From Escherichia coli (GTDB lineage: Bacteria > Pseudomonadota > Gammaproteobacteria > Enterobacterales > Enterobacteriaceae), in assembly GCF_003334815.1 (NCBI RefSeq), contig NZ_QOWO01000028.1: a DNA stretch of 53,280 nucleotides; one strand, 5' to 3'. The translations under genes were made by a program, and so were the position numbers. Shown here in pieces: positions 9,996-20,648 of this stretch; positions within the stretch are counted from its first letter, which is position 1, and every line of letters begins with the position of its first letter. Under the pieces are notes generated by a model, which saw nothing but the letters and a program-made list of their open reading frames with translations, ran no database searches and was not told where the DNA came from.

Positions 9996-10018
9996 GGGCC
10001 AATTAACTGGCCCTTTTT
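9996..10018 (+). terminator. Intrinsic terminator after yhjX
   Basis: GGGCC-AATTAACT-GGCCC hairpin followed by TTTTT. Confidence 0.55.
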
Positions 10019-10234
10019 ACTGCTTTTTGTAACGCTAAAGTCTCTTTTCAAACTTGCATTTTTGTAAATTTGTGCTTCATGCACACTCTTTCCCCACACT
10101 TTTTCCCTTTGCTGTGGTCTACTTATTCGCGCGTGTAGATTTTACTTATCTGACTACCTCCGCACTTTTTCCCTGCCGGGCCTGAAAAGCCACTAAGCAG
10201 GGTGTTATCACCTGTTTGTCCAGGGTTTGTTTGC

Positions 10235-11926
10235 ATGAGATACATCAAATCGATTACACAGCAGAAGCTGAGCTTTTTGCTTGCAATCTATATTGGCCTT
10301 TTTATGAATGGCGCGGTTTTTTACCGCCGCTTCGGCAGCTATGCGCACGATTTTACCGTCTGGAAAGGCATTTCTGCTGTTGTTGAACTGGCCGCCACCG
10401 TACTGGTGACCTTCTTTTTACTACGTCTTCTTTCGCTGTTTGGCCGCCGCAGCTGGCGTATTCTGGCATCGCTGGTGGTGCTCTTTTCCGCAGGTGCCAG
10501 CTATTACATGACCTTCCTTAATGTGGTCATTGGTTATGGCATCATCGCTTCCGTCATGACCACCGATATCGACCTGTCAAAAGAAGTTGTTGGTCTGAAC
10601 TTTATTCTCTGGTTAATCGCCGTTAGTGCATTGCCTCTTATCCTTATCTGGAATAACCGCTGTCGCTACACCTTGCTCCGACAACTGCGAACCCCAGGGC
10701 AGCGTATTCGCAGCCTGGCGGTCGTCGTACTGGCGGGTATTATGGTTTGGGCACCGATTCGTTTGCTGGATATCCAGCAGAAGAAAGTGGAGAGGGCGAC
10801 CGGCGTTGATTTGCCGAGTTATGGCGGTGTCGTAGCGAACTCTTATCTGCCATCAAACTGGCTTTCTGCGTTGGGGCTGTATGCCTGGGCGCGGGTCGAT
10901 GAATCTTCCGATAATAATTCATTGCTTAATCCGGCGAAGAAATTCACTTATCAGGCACCGCAAAACGTTGATGACACTTATGTCGTGTTTATCATCGGTG
11001 AAACCACGCGTTGGGACCATATGGGTATTTTCGGCTATGAGCGTAATACCACGCCGAAACTGGCCCAGGAGAAAAATCTGGCGGCGTTCCGTGGTTACTC
11101 CTGTGATACCGCAACCAAACTCTCACTGCGTTGCATGTTTGTACGTCAGGGGGGCGCGGAAGATAATCCGCAGCGCACATTAAAAGAACAGAACATTTTC
11201 GCGGTTCTGAAGCAGTTAGGATTCAGTTCTGACCTCTACGCTATGCAGAGCGAAATGTGGTTCTACAGCAACACGATGGCGGACAACATTGCTTATCGTG
11301 AGCAGATTGGTGCGGAGCCACGTAATCGTGGCAAGCCGGTAGATGATATGTTGCTGGTAGACGAAATGCAGCAATCGCTAGGGCGCAACCCGGATGGTAA
11401 GCATCTGATCATTCTGCATACCAAAGGTTCGCATTTTAACTACACCCAGCGTTATCCGCGTAGCTTCGCGCAGTGGAAGCCGGAATGTATTGGTGTTGAT
11501 AGCGGCTGTACCAAAGCGCAGATGATCAACTCCTATGACAACTCGGTGACCTATGTGGATCACTTTATCTCCAGCGTGATTGATCAGGTTCGCGATAAGA
11601 AAGCGATTGTGTTCTACGCAGCTGACCACGGTGAGTCAATTAATGAACGCGAGCACCTGCACGGCACGCCGCGTGAACTGGCACCGCCGGAGCAGTTCCG
11701 CGTACCGATGATGGTCTGGATGTCAGATAAATATCTGGAAAATCCGGCCAATGCGCAGGCGTTTGCGCAGCTGAAAAAAGAAGCCGACATGAAAGTGCCA
11801 CGCCGTCACGTAGAGCTGTACGATACCATCATGGGTTGTCTTGGCTATACTTCACCGGATGGTGGAATTAACGAAAACAACAACTGGTGTCACATCCCGC
11901 AGGCAAAAGAGGCAGCGGCTAACTAA
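10235..11926 (+). CDS. eptB: Kdo2-lipid A phosphoethanolamine transferase EptB (563 aa)
   Basis: N-terminal multi-TM region plus C-terminal sulfatase-like domain; start trimmed to [10 protein letters not shown]. Confidence 0.9.
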
Positions 11927-12017
11927 GCGGCCTGCTGACTTTCTCGCCGATCAAAAGGCATTTTGCTATTAAGGGATTGACGAGGGCGTATCTGCGCAGT
12001 AAGATGCGCCCCGCATT

Positions 12018-12094
<77 letters not shown>

Positions 12095-12102
12095 AATTCG
12101 AA

Positions 12103-12131
12103 AAGCCTGCTCAACGAGCAGGCTTTTTTGC
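12103..12131 (+). terminator. Intrinsic terminator after proK
   Basis: AAGCCTGCTC-AACG-AGCAGGCTT hairpin followed by TTTTTT. Confidence 0.7.
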
Positions 12132-12184
12132 ATCTGCAGCTCATGAGGATGAGAACCTCCGGGGGCAGGGAGGTTCGACTCGAC

Positions 12185-12270
12185 GTAGGCCTGATAAGAC
12201 GCGTCAGCGTCGCATCAGGCAAATGTGCCGGCCATTGTCGGATGCGGCGCGACCGCCTTATTCGACCTAC
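12185..12270. repeat. REP/BIME palindromic units
   Basis: GTAGGCCTGATAAGACGCGTCAGCGTCGCATCAGGC and a second degenerate GCCGGATGCGGCG...CCTAC unit, typical of E. coli REP elements. Confidence 0.55.
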
Positions 12271-12804
12271 ACGACACACATTTCCCTGCCAAATTTGCGC
12301 CCCATATCTCACTATCCATTAACGGATTTGTGACAGAAACCATTGTCTTTTTTTATATTTGCTTAAATCTTTTTTTGCGTTACTTATGGCTGGCCCTGGC
12401 ATTTTCCGCTGTGCGTTTTAGCGTTCATGGTATTAATCGCTCAGATATCCACCTTTTCCTCAGATTTTTTTCATTAAATGCATAAAACTTAATCACCAAA
12501 TGTTGCTAAATATTAAGCTGATTGTTCTGGTCATGTTGGAGTAGCACAAATTTCTCTGCTGCAAATAGCTGTTTGAAGTTTTTTTAATCTTTGTTTGTGG
12601 ATTCTCACCGTTGGTGTAAATCCCGGTTGGCTGTATTGACGTTTTCACATTCTGTTGACAGATTGTAGGTCACGAGGGGCATTTTATGGAGGATCCGCAC
12701 TGTTACACTGATGTTAATTAGTACGGCATCCCCACCTCATAACGTTGACCCGACCGGGCAAAAAACAAAAAAGGTCAGGCAGCGACAACCCACTGCAAAG
12801 GGTT

Positions 12805-12826
12805 AAAACAACAAACATCACAATTG
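12805..12826 (+). promoter_or_regulatory. CA-rich element in the dppA leader (candidate GcvB sRNA target site)
   Basis: AAACAACAAACATCACAATT sits immediately upstream of the dppA SD/ATG. GcvB is known to repress dppA through a C/A-rich leader site; exact footprint not verified. Confidence 0.4.
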
Positions 12827-12836
12827 GAGCAGAATA

Positions 12837-14444
12837 ATGCGTATTTCCTTGAAAAAGTCAGGGATGCTGAAGCTTGGTCTCAGCCTGGTGGCTATGACCG
12901 TCGCAGCAAGTGTTCAGGCTAAAACTCTGGTTTATTGCTCAGAAGGATCTCCGGAAGGGTTTAACCCGCAGCTGTTTACCTCCGGCACCACCTATGACGC
13001 CTCTTCCGTCCCGCTTTATAACCGTCTGGTTGAATTTAAAATCGGCACCACCGAAGTGATCCCGGGCCTCGCTGAAAAGTGGGAAGTCAGCGAAGACGGT
13101 AAAACCTATACCTTCCATCTGCGTAAAGGTGTGAAGTGGCACGACAATAAAGAATTCAAACCGACGCGTGAACTGAACGCCGATGATGTGGTGTTCTCGT
13201 TCGATCGTCAGAAAAACGCGCAAAACCCGTACCATAAAGTTTCTGGCGGCAGCTACGAATACTTCGAAGGCATGGGCTTGCCAGAGCTGATCAGTGAAGT
13301 GAAAAAGGTGGACGACAACACCGTTCAGTTTGTGCTGACTCGCCCGGAAGCGCCGTTCCTCGCTGACCTGGCAATGGACTTCGCCTCTATTCTGTCAAAA
13401 GAATATGCTGATGCGATGATGAAAGCCGGTACACCGGAAAAACTGGACCTCAACCCAATCGGAACCGGTCCGTTCCAGTTACAGCAGTATCAAAAAGATT
13501 CCCGTATCCGCTACAAAGCGTTTGATGGCTACTGGGGCACCAAACCGCAGATCGATACGCTGGTTTTCTCTATTACCCCTGACGCTTCCGTGCGTTACGC
13601 GAAATTGCAGAAGAATGAATGCCAGGTGATGCCGTACCCGAACCCGGCAGATATCGCTCGCATGAAGCAGGATAAATCCATCAATCTGATGGAAATGCCG
13701 GGGCTGAACGTCGGTTATCTCTCGTATAACGTGCAGAAAAAACCACTCGATGACGTGAAAGTTCGCCAGGCTCTGACCTACGCGGTGAACAAAGACGCGA
13801 TCATCAAAGCGGTTTATCAGGGCGCGGGCGTATCAGCGAAAAACCTGATCCCGCCAACCATGTGGGGCTATAACGACGACGTTCAGGACTACACCTACGA
13901 TCCTGAAAAAGCGAAAGCCTTGCTGAAAGAAGCGGGTCTGGAAAAAGGTTTCTCCATCGACCTGTGGGCGATGCCGGTACAACGTCCGTATAACCCGAAC
14001 GCTCGCCGCATGGCGGAGATGATTCAGGCAGACTGGGCGAAAGTCGGCGTGCAGGCCAAAATTGTCACCTACGAATGGGGTGAGTACCTCAAGCGTGCGA
14101 AAGATGGCGAGCACCAGACGGTAATGATGGGCTGGACTGGCGATAACGGGGATCCGGATAACTTCTTCGCCACCCTGTTCAGCTGCGCCGCCTCTGAACA
14201 AGGCTCCAACTACTCAAAATGGTGCTACAAACCGTTTGAAGATCTGATTCAACCGGCGCGTGCTACCGACGACCACAATAAACGCGTTGAACTGTACAAA
14301 CAAGCGCAGGTGGTGATGCACGATCAGGCTCCGGCACTGATCATCGCTCACTCCACCGTGTTTGAACCGGTACGTAAAGAAGTTAAAGGCTATGTGGTTG
14401 ATCCATTAGGCAAACATCACTTCGAAAACGTCTCTATCGAATAA
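12837..14444 (+). CDS. dppA: Dipeptide ABC transporter periplasmic binding protein DppA (535 aa)
   Basis: Signal peptide followed by a family-5 solute-binding protein; first gene of the dppABCDF cluster. Confidence 0.97.
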   Translation: MRISLKKSGMLKLGLSLVAMTVAASVQAKTLVYCSEGSPEGFNPQLFTSGTTYDASSVPLYNRLVEFKIGTTEVIPGLAEKWEVSEDGKTYTFHLRKGVKWHDNKEFKPTRELNADDVVFSFDRQKNAQNPYHKVSGGSYEYFEGMGLPELISEVKKVDDNTVQFVLTRPEAPFLADLAMDFASILSKEYADAMMKAGTPEKLDLNPIGTGPFQLQQYQKDSRIRYKAFDGYWGTKPQIDTLVFSITPDASVRYAKLQKNECQVMPYPNPADIARMKQDKSINLMEMPGLNVGYLSYNVQKKPLDDVKVRQALTYAVNKDAIIKAVYQGAGVSAKNLIPPTMWGYNDDVQDYTYDPEKAKALLKEAGLEKGFSIDLWAMPVQRPYNPNARRMAEMIQADWAKVGVQAKIVTYEWGEYLKRAKDGEHQTVMMGWTGDNGDPDNFFATLFSCAASEQGSNYSKWCYKPFEDLIQPARATDDHNKRVELYKQAQVVMHDQAPALIIAHSTVFEPVRKEVKGYVVDPLGKHHFENVSIE

Positions 14445-14480
14445 TTAAAAGCCATACAAGACTGATGGCAAAGGCAAAAA

Positions 14481-14580
14481 TGCCTGATGCGCTCCGCTTA
14501 TCAGGCCTACGAAAATTCTGCAATGTATTGAATTTGCACGATTTTGTAGGCCGGATAAGGCGTTAACGCCGCATCCGGCA
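14481..14580. repeat. REP/BIME cluster in the dppA-dppB intergenic region
   Basis: TGCCTGATGCGCTCCGCTTATCAGGCCTAC and GTAGGCCGGATAAGGCGTTAACGCCGCATCCGGCA in inverted orientation. Confidence 0.7.
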
Positions 14581-14751
14581 TAAACAAAGCGCACTTTGTC
14601 AACAATCTGTATACCCGGTGGCGCTGTGCCTCTGCGTGCAGCGCCATCCGGCAGCAATACTTCATTCCCTGTCCGATAAGGGCGGGAATTGATTTGTGAG
14701 CAATACAGACACGCAGTTCCAGGCTGCGGGTCACTATAGAGAATCCGGGTT

Positions 14752-15771
14752 ATGTTGCAGTTTATTCTCCGACGTTTGGGACTCGTCATCCCCACGTTTA
14801 TCGGTATTACCCTTCTCACATTTGCCTTTGTCCACATGATCCCGGGCGATCCGGTGATGATCATGGCGGGCGAACGTGGGATCTCCCCAGAGCGTCACGC
14901 GCAGCTGCTGGCTGAACTCGGCTTAGATAAACCGATGTGGCAGCAGTATCTCCATTACATTTGGGGCGTTATGCATGGCGATCTAGGCATTTCAATGAAA
15001 AGCCGCATCCCGGTTTGGGAAGAGTTCGTGCCGCGCTTCCAGGCCACGCTGGAACTTGGCGTCTGCGCGATGATTTTTGCTACGGCAGTCGGTATTCCGG
15101 TCGGCGTGCTGGCTGCGGTTAAACGCGGTTCCATTTTCGATCACACAGCGGTTGGCCTGGCGCTGACAGGTTATTCAATGCCTATCTTCTGGTGGGGCAT
15201 GATGCTGATCATGCTGGTTTCGGTGCACTGGAACCTGACGCCCGTCTCCGGTCGCGTGAGCGATATGGTGTTCCTCGATGACTCCAATCCGTTAACCGGT
15301 TTTATGCTAATCGACACCGCCATCTGGGGTGAAGACGGCAACTTTATCGATGCCGTCGCCCATATGATCTTGCCTGCCATTGTGCTGGGTACTATTCCGC
15401 TGGCGGTCATTGTGCGTATGACACGCTCCTCGATGCTGGAAGTGCTGGGCGAGGATTACATCCGCACCGCGCGCGCCAAAGGGCTAACCCGCATGCGGGT
15501 GATTATCGTCCATGCGCTGCGTAACGCGATGCTGCCGGTGGTGACCGTTATCGGCCTGCAGGTGGGAACATTGCTGGCGGGGGCGATTCTGACCGAAACC
15601 ATCTTCTCGTGGCCCGGTCTGGGACGCTGGTTGATTGACGCACTGCAACGCCGCGACTATCCGGTAGTGCAGGGCGGCGTATTGCTGGTGGCGACGATGA
15701 TTATCCTCGTCAACTTGCTGGTCGATCTGCTGTACGGCGTGGTGAACCCGCGTATTCGTCATAAGAAGTAA
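14752..15771 (+). CDS. dppB: Dipeptide ABC transporter permease DppB (339 aa)
   Basis: ABC permease with multiple TM segments; operon position. Confidence 0.95.
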   Translation: MLQFILRRLGLVIPTFIGITLLTFAFVHMIPGDPVMIMAGERGISPERHAQLLAELGLDKPMWQQYLHYIWGVMHGDLGISMKSRIPVWEEFVPRFQATLELGVCAMIFATAVGIPVGVLAAVKRGSIFDHTAVGLALTGYSMPIFWWGMMLIMLVSVHWNLTPVSGRVSDMVFLDDSNPLTGFMLIDTAIWGEDGNFIDAVAHMILPAIVLGTIPLAVIVRMTRSSMLEVLGEDYIRTARAKGLTRMRVIIVHALRNAMLPVVTVIGLQVGTLLAGAILTETIFSWPGLGRWLIDALQRRDYPVVQGGVLLVATMIILVNLLVDLLYGVVNPRIRHKK

Positions 15772-15780
15772 GGGGACATC

Positions 15781-16683
15781 ATGTCACAGGTTACTGAAAA
15801 TAAAGTGATTAGCGCACCGGTGCCGATGACCCCGTTACAGGAGTTCTGGCACTATTTTAAACGCAACAAAGGCGCGGTCGTCGGGCTGGTTTACGTCGTC
15901 ATCGTGCTGTTCATCGCGATCTTTGCCAACTGGATTGCACCCTATAACCCGGCGGAACAGTTCCGCGATGCACTGCTCGCCCCGCCAGCCTGGCAGGAAG
16001 GCGGCAGCATGGCGCACTTGCTGGGCACCGATGACGTAGGCCGTGATGTGCTGTCGCGCCTGATGTACGGTGCGCGCCTGTCGCTGCTGGTTGGCTGTCT
16101 GGTAGTTGTGTTATCGCTGATTATGGGCGTTATTCTCGGCCTGATCGCCGGTTACTTTGGCGGCCTGGTCGATAACATCATTATGCGCGTGGTCGATATC
16201 ATGCTGGCGCTGCCAAGTCTGCTGCTGGCGCTGGTGCTGGTGGCAATTTTCGGCCCGTCGATTGGTAACGCCGCGCTGGCACTGACCTTCGTTGCCTTGC
16301 CGCACTATGTGCGCTTAACCCGCGCCGCCGTGCTGGTGGAAGTTAACCGCGATTACGTCACCGCGTCTCGCGTGGCGGGTGCCGGGGCGATGCGTCAGAT
16401 GTTTATTAACATCTTCCCGAACTGCCTTGCGCCGCTGATTGTTCAGGCGTCGCTCGGTTTCTCTAACGCCATTCTCGATATGGCTGCTCTTGGTTTCCTC
16501 GGCATGGGGGCACAGCCGCCAACGCCTGAGTGGGGCACCATGCTCTCCGACGTGTTGCAGTTCGCGCAAAGCGCCTGGTGGGTCGTGACCTTCCCGGGTC
16601 TGGCGATCCTGCTGACGGTGCTGGCATTTAACCTGATGGGTGACGGTCTGCGTGACGCGCTCGATCCCAAACTGAAGCAGTAA
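15781..16683 (+). CDS. dppC: Dipeptide ABC transporter permease DppC (300 aa)
   Basis: ABC permease; 9-bp gap after dppB. Confidence 0.95.
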
Positions 16684-16693
16684 GAGGTTCGAG

Positions 16694-17677
16694 ATGGCGT
16701 TATTAAATGTAGATAAATTATCGGTGCATTTCGGCGACGAAAGCGCGCCGTTCCGCGCCGTAGACCGCATCAGCTACAGCGTAAAACAGGGCGAAGTGGT
16801 CGGGATTGTGGGTGAGTCCGGCTCCGGTAAGTCGGTCAGTTCACTGGCGATTATGGGGCTGATTGATTATCCGGGCCGCGTAATGGCAGAAAAACTGGAG
16901 TTTAACGGCCAGGATTTGCAGCGTATCTCAGAAAAAGAGCGCCGCAACCTGGTGGGTGCCGAAGTGGCGATGATCTTCCAGGACCCGATGACCAGCCTTA
17001 ACCCGTGCTACACCGTGGGTTTCCAGATTATGGAAGCGATTAAGGTGCATCAGGGCGGCAACAAAAGTACCCGCCGTCAGCGAGCGATTGACCTGCTGAA
17101 TCAGGTCGGTATTCCCGATCCGGCATCGCGTCTGGATGTTTACCCGCATCAGCTTTCCGGCGGCATGAGCCAGCGCGTGATGATCGCCATGGCGATTGCC
17201 TGTCGGCCAAAACTGCTGATTGCCGATGAACCGACCACCGCGCTGGACGTGACCATTCAGGCGCAAATCATCGAACTACTGCTGGAGCTACAGCAGAAAG
17301 AGAACATGGCGCTGGTGTTAATTACCCATGACCTGGCGCTGGTGGCGGAAGCGGCACATAAAATCATCGTGATGTATGCAGGCCAGGTGGTGGAAACCGG
17401 TGATGCGCACGCCATCTTCCATGCGCCGCGTCACCCGTATACTCAGGCATTGCTGCGTGCGCTGCCAGAATTTGCTCAGGACAAAGAACGTCTGGCGTCG
17501 TTGCCAGGTGTCGTTCCCGGCAAGTACGACCGCCCGAACGGCTGCCTGCTTAACCCGCGCTGCCCCTATGCCACTGACAGATGTCGCGCTGAAGAACCGG
17601 CGCTGAATATGCTCGCTGACGGGCGTCAGTCCAAATGCCATTACCCACTTGATGATGCCGGGAGGCCGACACTATGA
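16694..17677 (+). CDS. dppD: Dipeptide ABC transporter ATP-binding protein DppD (327 aa)
   Basis: Walker [12 protein letters not shown] signature LSGGMSQR, Walker B LLIADEP. Confidence 0.95.
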
Positions 17678-18678
17678 GTACGCAAGAGGCCACCCTGCAA
17701 CAACCGCTGTTGCAGGCTATCGACCTGAAAAAACATTATCCGGTGAAGAAAGGCATGTTCGCGCCGGAACGTCTGGTTAAAGCGCTGGATGGCGTTTCGT
17801 TTAACCTTGAACGTGGCAAAACGCTGGCAGTAGTGGGCGAATCTGGCTGCGGTAAATCGACCCTCGGTCGGTTGCTGACGATGATTGAAATGCCCACCGG
17901 TGGCGAGCTGTATTACCAGGGGCAGGATCTGCTTAAGCACGATCCGCAGGCGCAGAAGCTGCGTCGGCAGAAAATCCAGATCGTCTTCCAGAACCCTTAC
18001 GGTTCGCTGAATCCGCGTAAAAAAGTCGGGCAAATTCTTGAAGAGCCGCTGCTGATCAACACCAGCTTAAGCAAAGAACAGCGTCGGGAAAAAGCCCTGT
18101 CGATGATGGCGAAAGTCGGCCTGAAAACCGAGCACTATGACCGCTATCCGCATATGTTCTCCGGCGGTCAGCGTCAGCGTATCGCCATCGCCCGTGGTCT
18201 GATGCTCGACCCGGATGTGGTGATTGCCGATGAACCGGTTTCCGCGCTGGATGTTTCAGTGCGCGCGCAGGTGCTGAATCTGATGATGGATTTGCAGCAG
18301 GAGTTGGGGCTGTCTTATGTCTTTATCTCCCACGACCTGTCGGTGGTGGAGCACATTGCTGATGAAGTGATGGTGATGTACCTGGGCCGCTGCGTGGAGA
18401 AGGGAACGAAAGACCAAATCTTCAATAACCCGCGCCATCCGTACACTCAGGCGCTACTTTCCGCGACGCCGCGCCTGAACCCGGACGATCGCCGCGAGCG
18501 CATCAAGCTCAGCGGTGAACTACCAAGCCCACTGAATCCACCGCCGGGTTGCGCCTTCAACGCCCGCTGTCGTCGGCGCTTCGGCCCCTGCACCCAGTTG
18601 CAGCCGCAGCTAAAAGACTACGGCGGTCAACTGGTAGCTTGTTTTGCTGTTGATCAGGATGAAAATCCGCAGCGTTAA
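17674..18678 (+). CDS. dppF: Dipeptide ABC transporter ATP-binding protein DppF (334 aa)
   Basis: Walker A GESGCGKS, signature FSGGQRQR; 4-bp ATGA overlap with dppD. Confidence 0.95.
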
Positions 18679-18682
18679 CTCA

Positions 18683-18711
18683 CAAAACCGGGGCCATGCG
18701 CTCCGGTTTAC
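18683..18711 (-). terminator. Hairpin at the convergent dppF/yhjV junction (probable yhjV terminator)
   Basis: AACCGG...CCGGTT inverted repeat with T-rich tract on the minus strand; overlaps the yhjV stop codon. Confidence 0.45.
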
Positions 18712-19979
18712 TCAATCAGCTTCAACAGTGGCGACAAGCATAGCAAAATGCCGTACAGCAGAATCAGCCAGGCTTTAAATCCGCGAAGTTTTTCCAGTTG
18801 TGCGACTTTATAGATCAGGAAAAACGGAATGAGGCACGACACAATACCATATAACGGGCTTCCCAACTGAAAGAACACCAGCACCGATACACGAAACGAA
18901 ACCCAAATCGTCAACGTAATGACGATAAAAGCGCAGATCGCCAGAGTCAGCACGCGTGAGTTAATTTTCTTGGTATCAATAATTCGGCTTAACAGATTGA
19001 GAATAATGCCTTTAATGGCCTCGTGGAAACCGAGATAAATGCCAAAGAATGCGGTCAGTACGGCAAAGATATTAAGCACCGTAGAGGTGATATGAATGAT
19101 ATGCCCAGGGATCACCTGCGCGGCCAGCGCCAGTGCTGAGATATTTTGTTCAAAGGCAGAAACGGCTTCTTCGTGGCTAATTGAGAAGGTAAACGAAAAG
19201 GCAAAAAACAGGATCACCGCGATGAGCGTGATATAACTAATTCGGTGGGTACGCAGCGCGAGCCGGGTTGCCAGTACTTTATCCGCTTCCCGTTTACGAT
19301 AGGCAATATTCATTGGGTTAAGTACCTGAATAAATACTGCAGAAAAGAAGCAAAATGGAATGGTAAGCAAGACATCGCGGAAAAAGACGGAGGCTTGCGG
19401 GAAGGCGGTTATATTGGCGAAATTCCAGTGCGGGATCATCGCAAAACCGAACACGACAATAATCCCTACTTTGACCACCACCATTGGCCCGGAAATCTTA
19501 AACAGTAATCGTTCACCACCAGACGCAATCGCCACCAGTACGGCGAAAATAGCGACTTTATAAAGTAGAGATTGTGAAAGATCGGCATCGGTTAAACCGA
19601 AGGTTTTCAGGTACGAGGCGCTGTCGAAAACCACGGAGAGAGAGTAGATAAAAATCCCGTGGATAATCATCAAAAAGTAGATAACCCCGAGGAAAATTCC
19701 CCAGTTCTTCCCCAGGTAATGACTGATAATATCGGTGTAGTCATTACAGGAATCGCTTTCAGAAAGGGTTTTTAAATAAATGTCCTGCACTACCCAGGTG
19801 GCAGGATAAGCAATGATCGCTGCGGTAATAAATACCCAAATTCCCTTCAAGCCAATTTGTACTGGCATCAGCACGGTTCCGGCACCAATCGCCATGCCTA
19901 TGCATAATAAAACCCAGCCGAAGTCGTAGCGTGTAAACGGCAATTTCTGATTGTGTTTCGATAGTGTGTTGTGCTGCAT
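18708..19979 (-). CDS. yhjV: HAAAP-family (serine/threonine-type) transporter YhjV (423 aa)
   Basis: Polytopic membrane protein; start trimmed to [22 protein letters not shown]. Confidence 0.85.
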
Positions 19980-20337
19980 AAAGTCCTGTCCAGAAAGAAG
20001 TCGGCCTCGCAAAAATGAATAAACCCAGTTTCTCTTGCGCAACAGGTGGAGAAGTCGAATACGCAGTATGTAAAAAATGAGGCAACAGATTCACTGGGGA
20101 GGTCGCGAGGAGGCGCAATTCTACAAAATTGCGCATTTCACTACCAGTCTGGAGTCAGCCCGGATATGAACTGCAACTATTGCAAATAAAGAAATTAAGC
20201 TGGAAGGCATCGCGCAATGAGGAAGATTGCCGGGTGCTGACAGTAAAAAGCAATCGTAGAATCAGCGGCAAGCCGGAAAGGTTCCGGTGAGGCGCAATGT
20301 TGCGGGGGCTTTATCCCTGGTGGCATTGGTTGCTGGA

Positions 20338-20405
20338 GAGAGAAAACCCCCGCACGTTGCAGGTATGCACCTGACAACACCACGGGGGCTAATCTTGACT
20401 CTAGA
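20338..20405 (-). ncRNA. rdlD: Antisense sRNA RdlD (antitoxin of the ldrD type I toxin-antitoxin pair); coordinates approximate
   Basis: Established ldr/rdl arrangement places an roughly 60-nt antisense RNA upstream of and opposite to ldr. The minus strand here carries a CCCCCG...CGGGGG hairpin followed by a T-tract ending near 20338. Confidence 0.4.
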
Positions 20406-20454
20406 CCACTCAAGAATAGCCGCGAAACGTTGTCATTACAACACAGGCGGCTAT

Positions 20455-20562
20455 ATGACGTTCGCAGAGCTGGGCATGGCCTTCTGGCATGATTTAGCGG
20501 CTCCGGTCATTGCTGGCATTCTTGCCAGTATGATCGTGAACTGGCTGAACAAGCGGAAGTAA
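20455..20562 (+). CDS. ldrD: Type I toxin LdrD (35 aa)
   Basis: Translation MTFAELGMAFWHDLAAPVIAGILASMIVNWLNKRK matches the Ldr toxin family. Confidence 0.85.
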   Translation: MTFAELGMAFWHDLAAPVIAGILASMIVNWLNKRK

Positions 20563-20611
20563 CGTGTCATGCGGGCGTCAGGCTGCCGTAATGGCAATTT
20601 GCGCCCGGACC

Positions 20612-20645
20612 AGGCCGCAGGGGGGAAACTCTGCGGCCTTTTTCG
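20612..20645 (+). terminator. Intrinsic terminator after ldrD
   Basis: AGGCCGCAG-GGGGGAAACT-CTGCGGCCT hairpin followed by TTTT. Confidence 0.55.
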
Positions 20646-20648
20646 TTC

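Noticed and set aside
10020-10234. Possible sigma-E promoter or MgrR sRNA target upstream of eptB
   Set aside because: eptB is known to be controlled this way, but I could not find a convincing GGAACTT-N16-TCAAA match or define the sRNA pairing site by eye, so no feature was called.
12225-12485. 86-aa ORF in the proK-dppA intergenic region
   Set aside because: Begins inside REP sequence, no SD, product low-complexity; more likely non-coding leader or promoter DNA.
15484-16770. Several 60-150-aa ORFs antisense to dppB and dppC (for example 16315-16770)
   Set aside because: Inside strongly supported ABC permease genes; His/Arg/Gln-rich artefacts.
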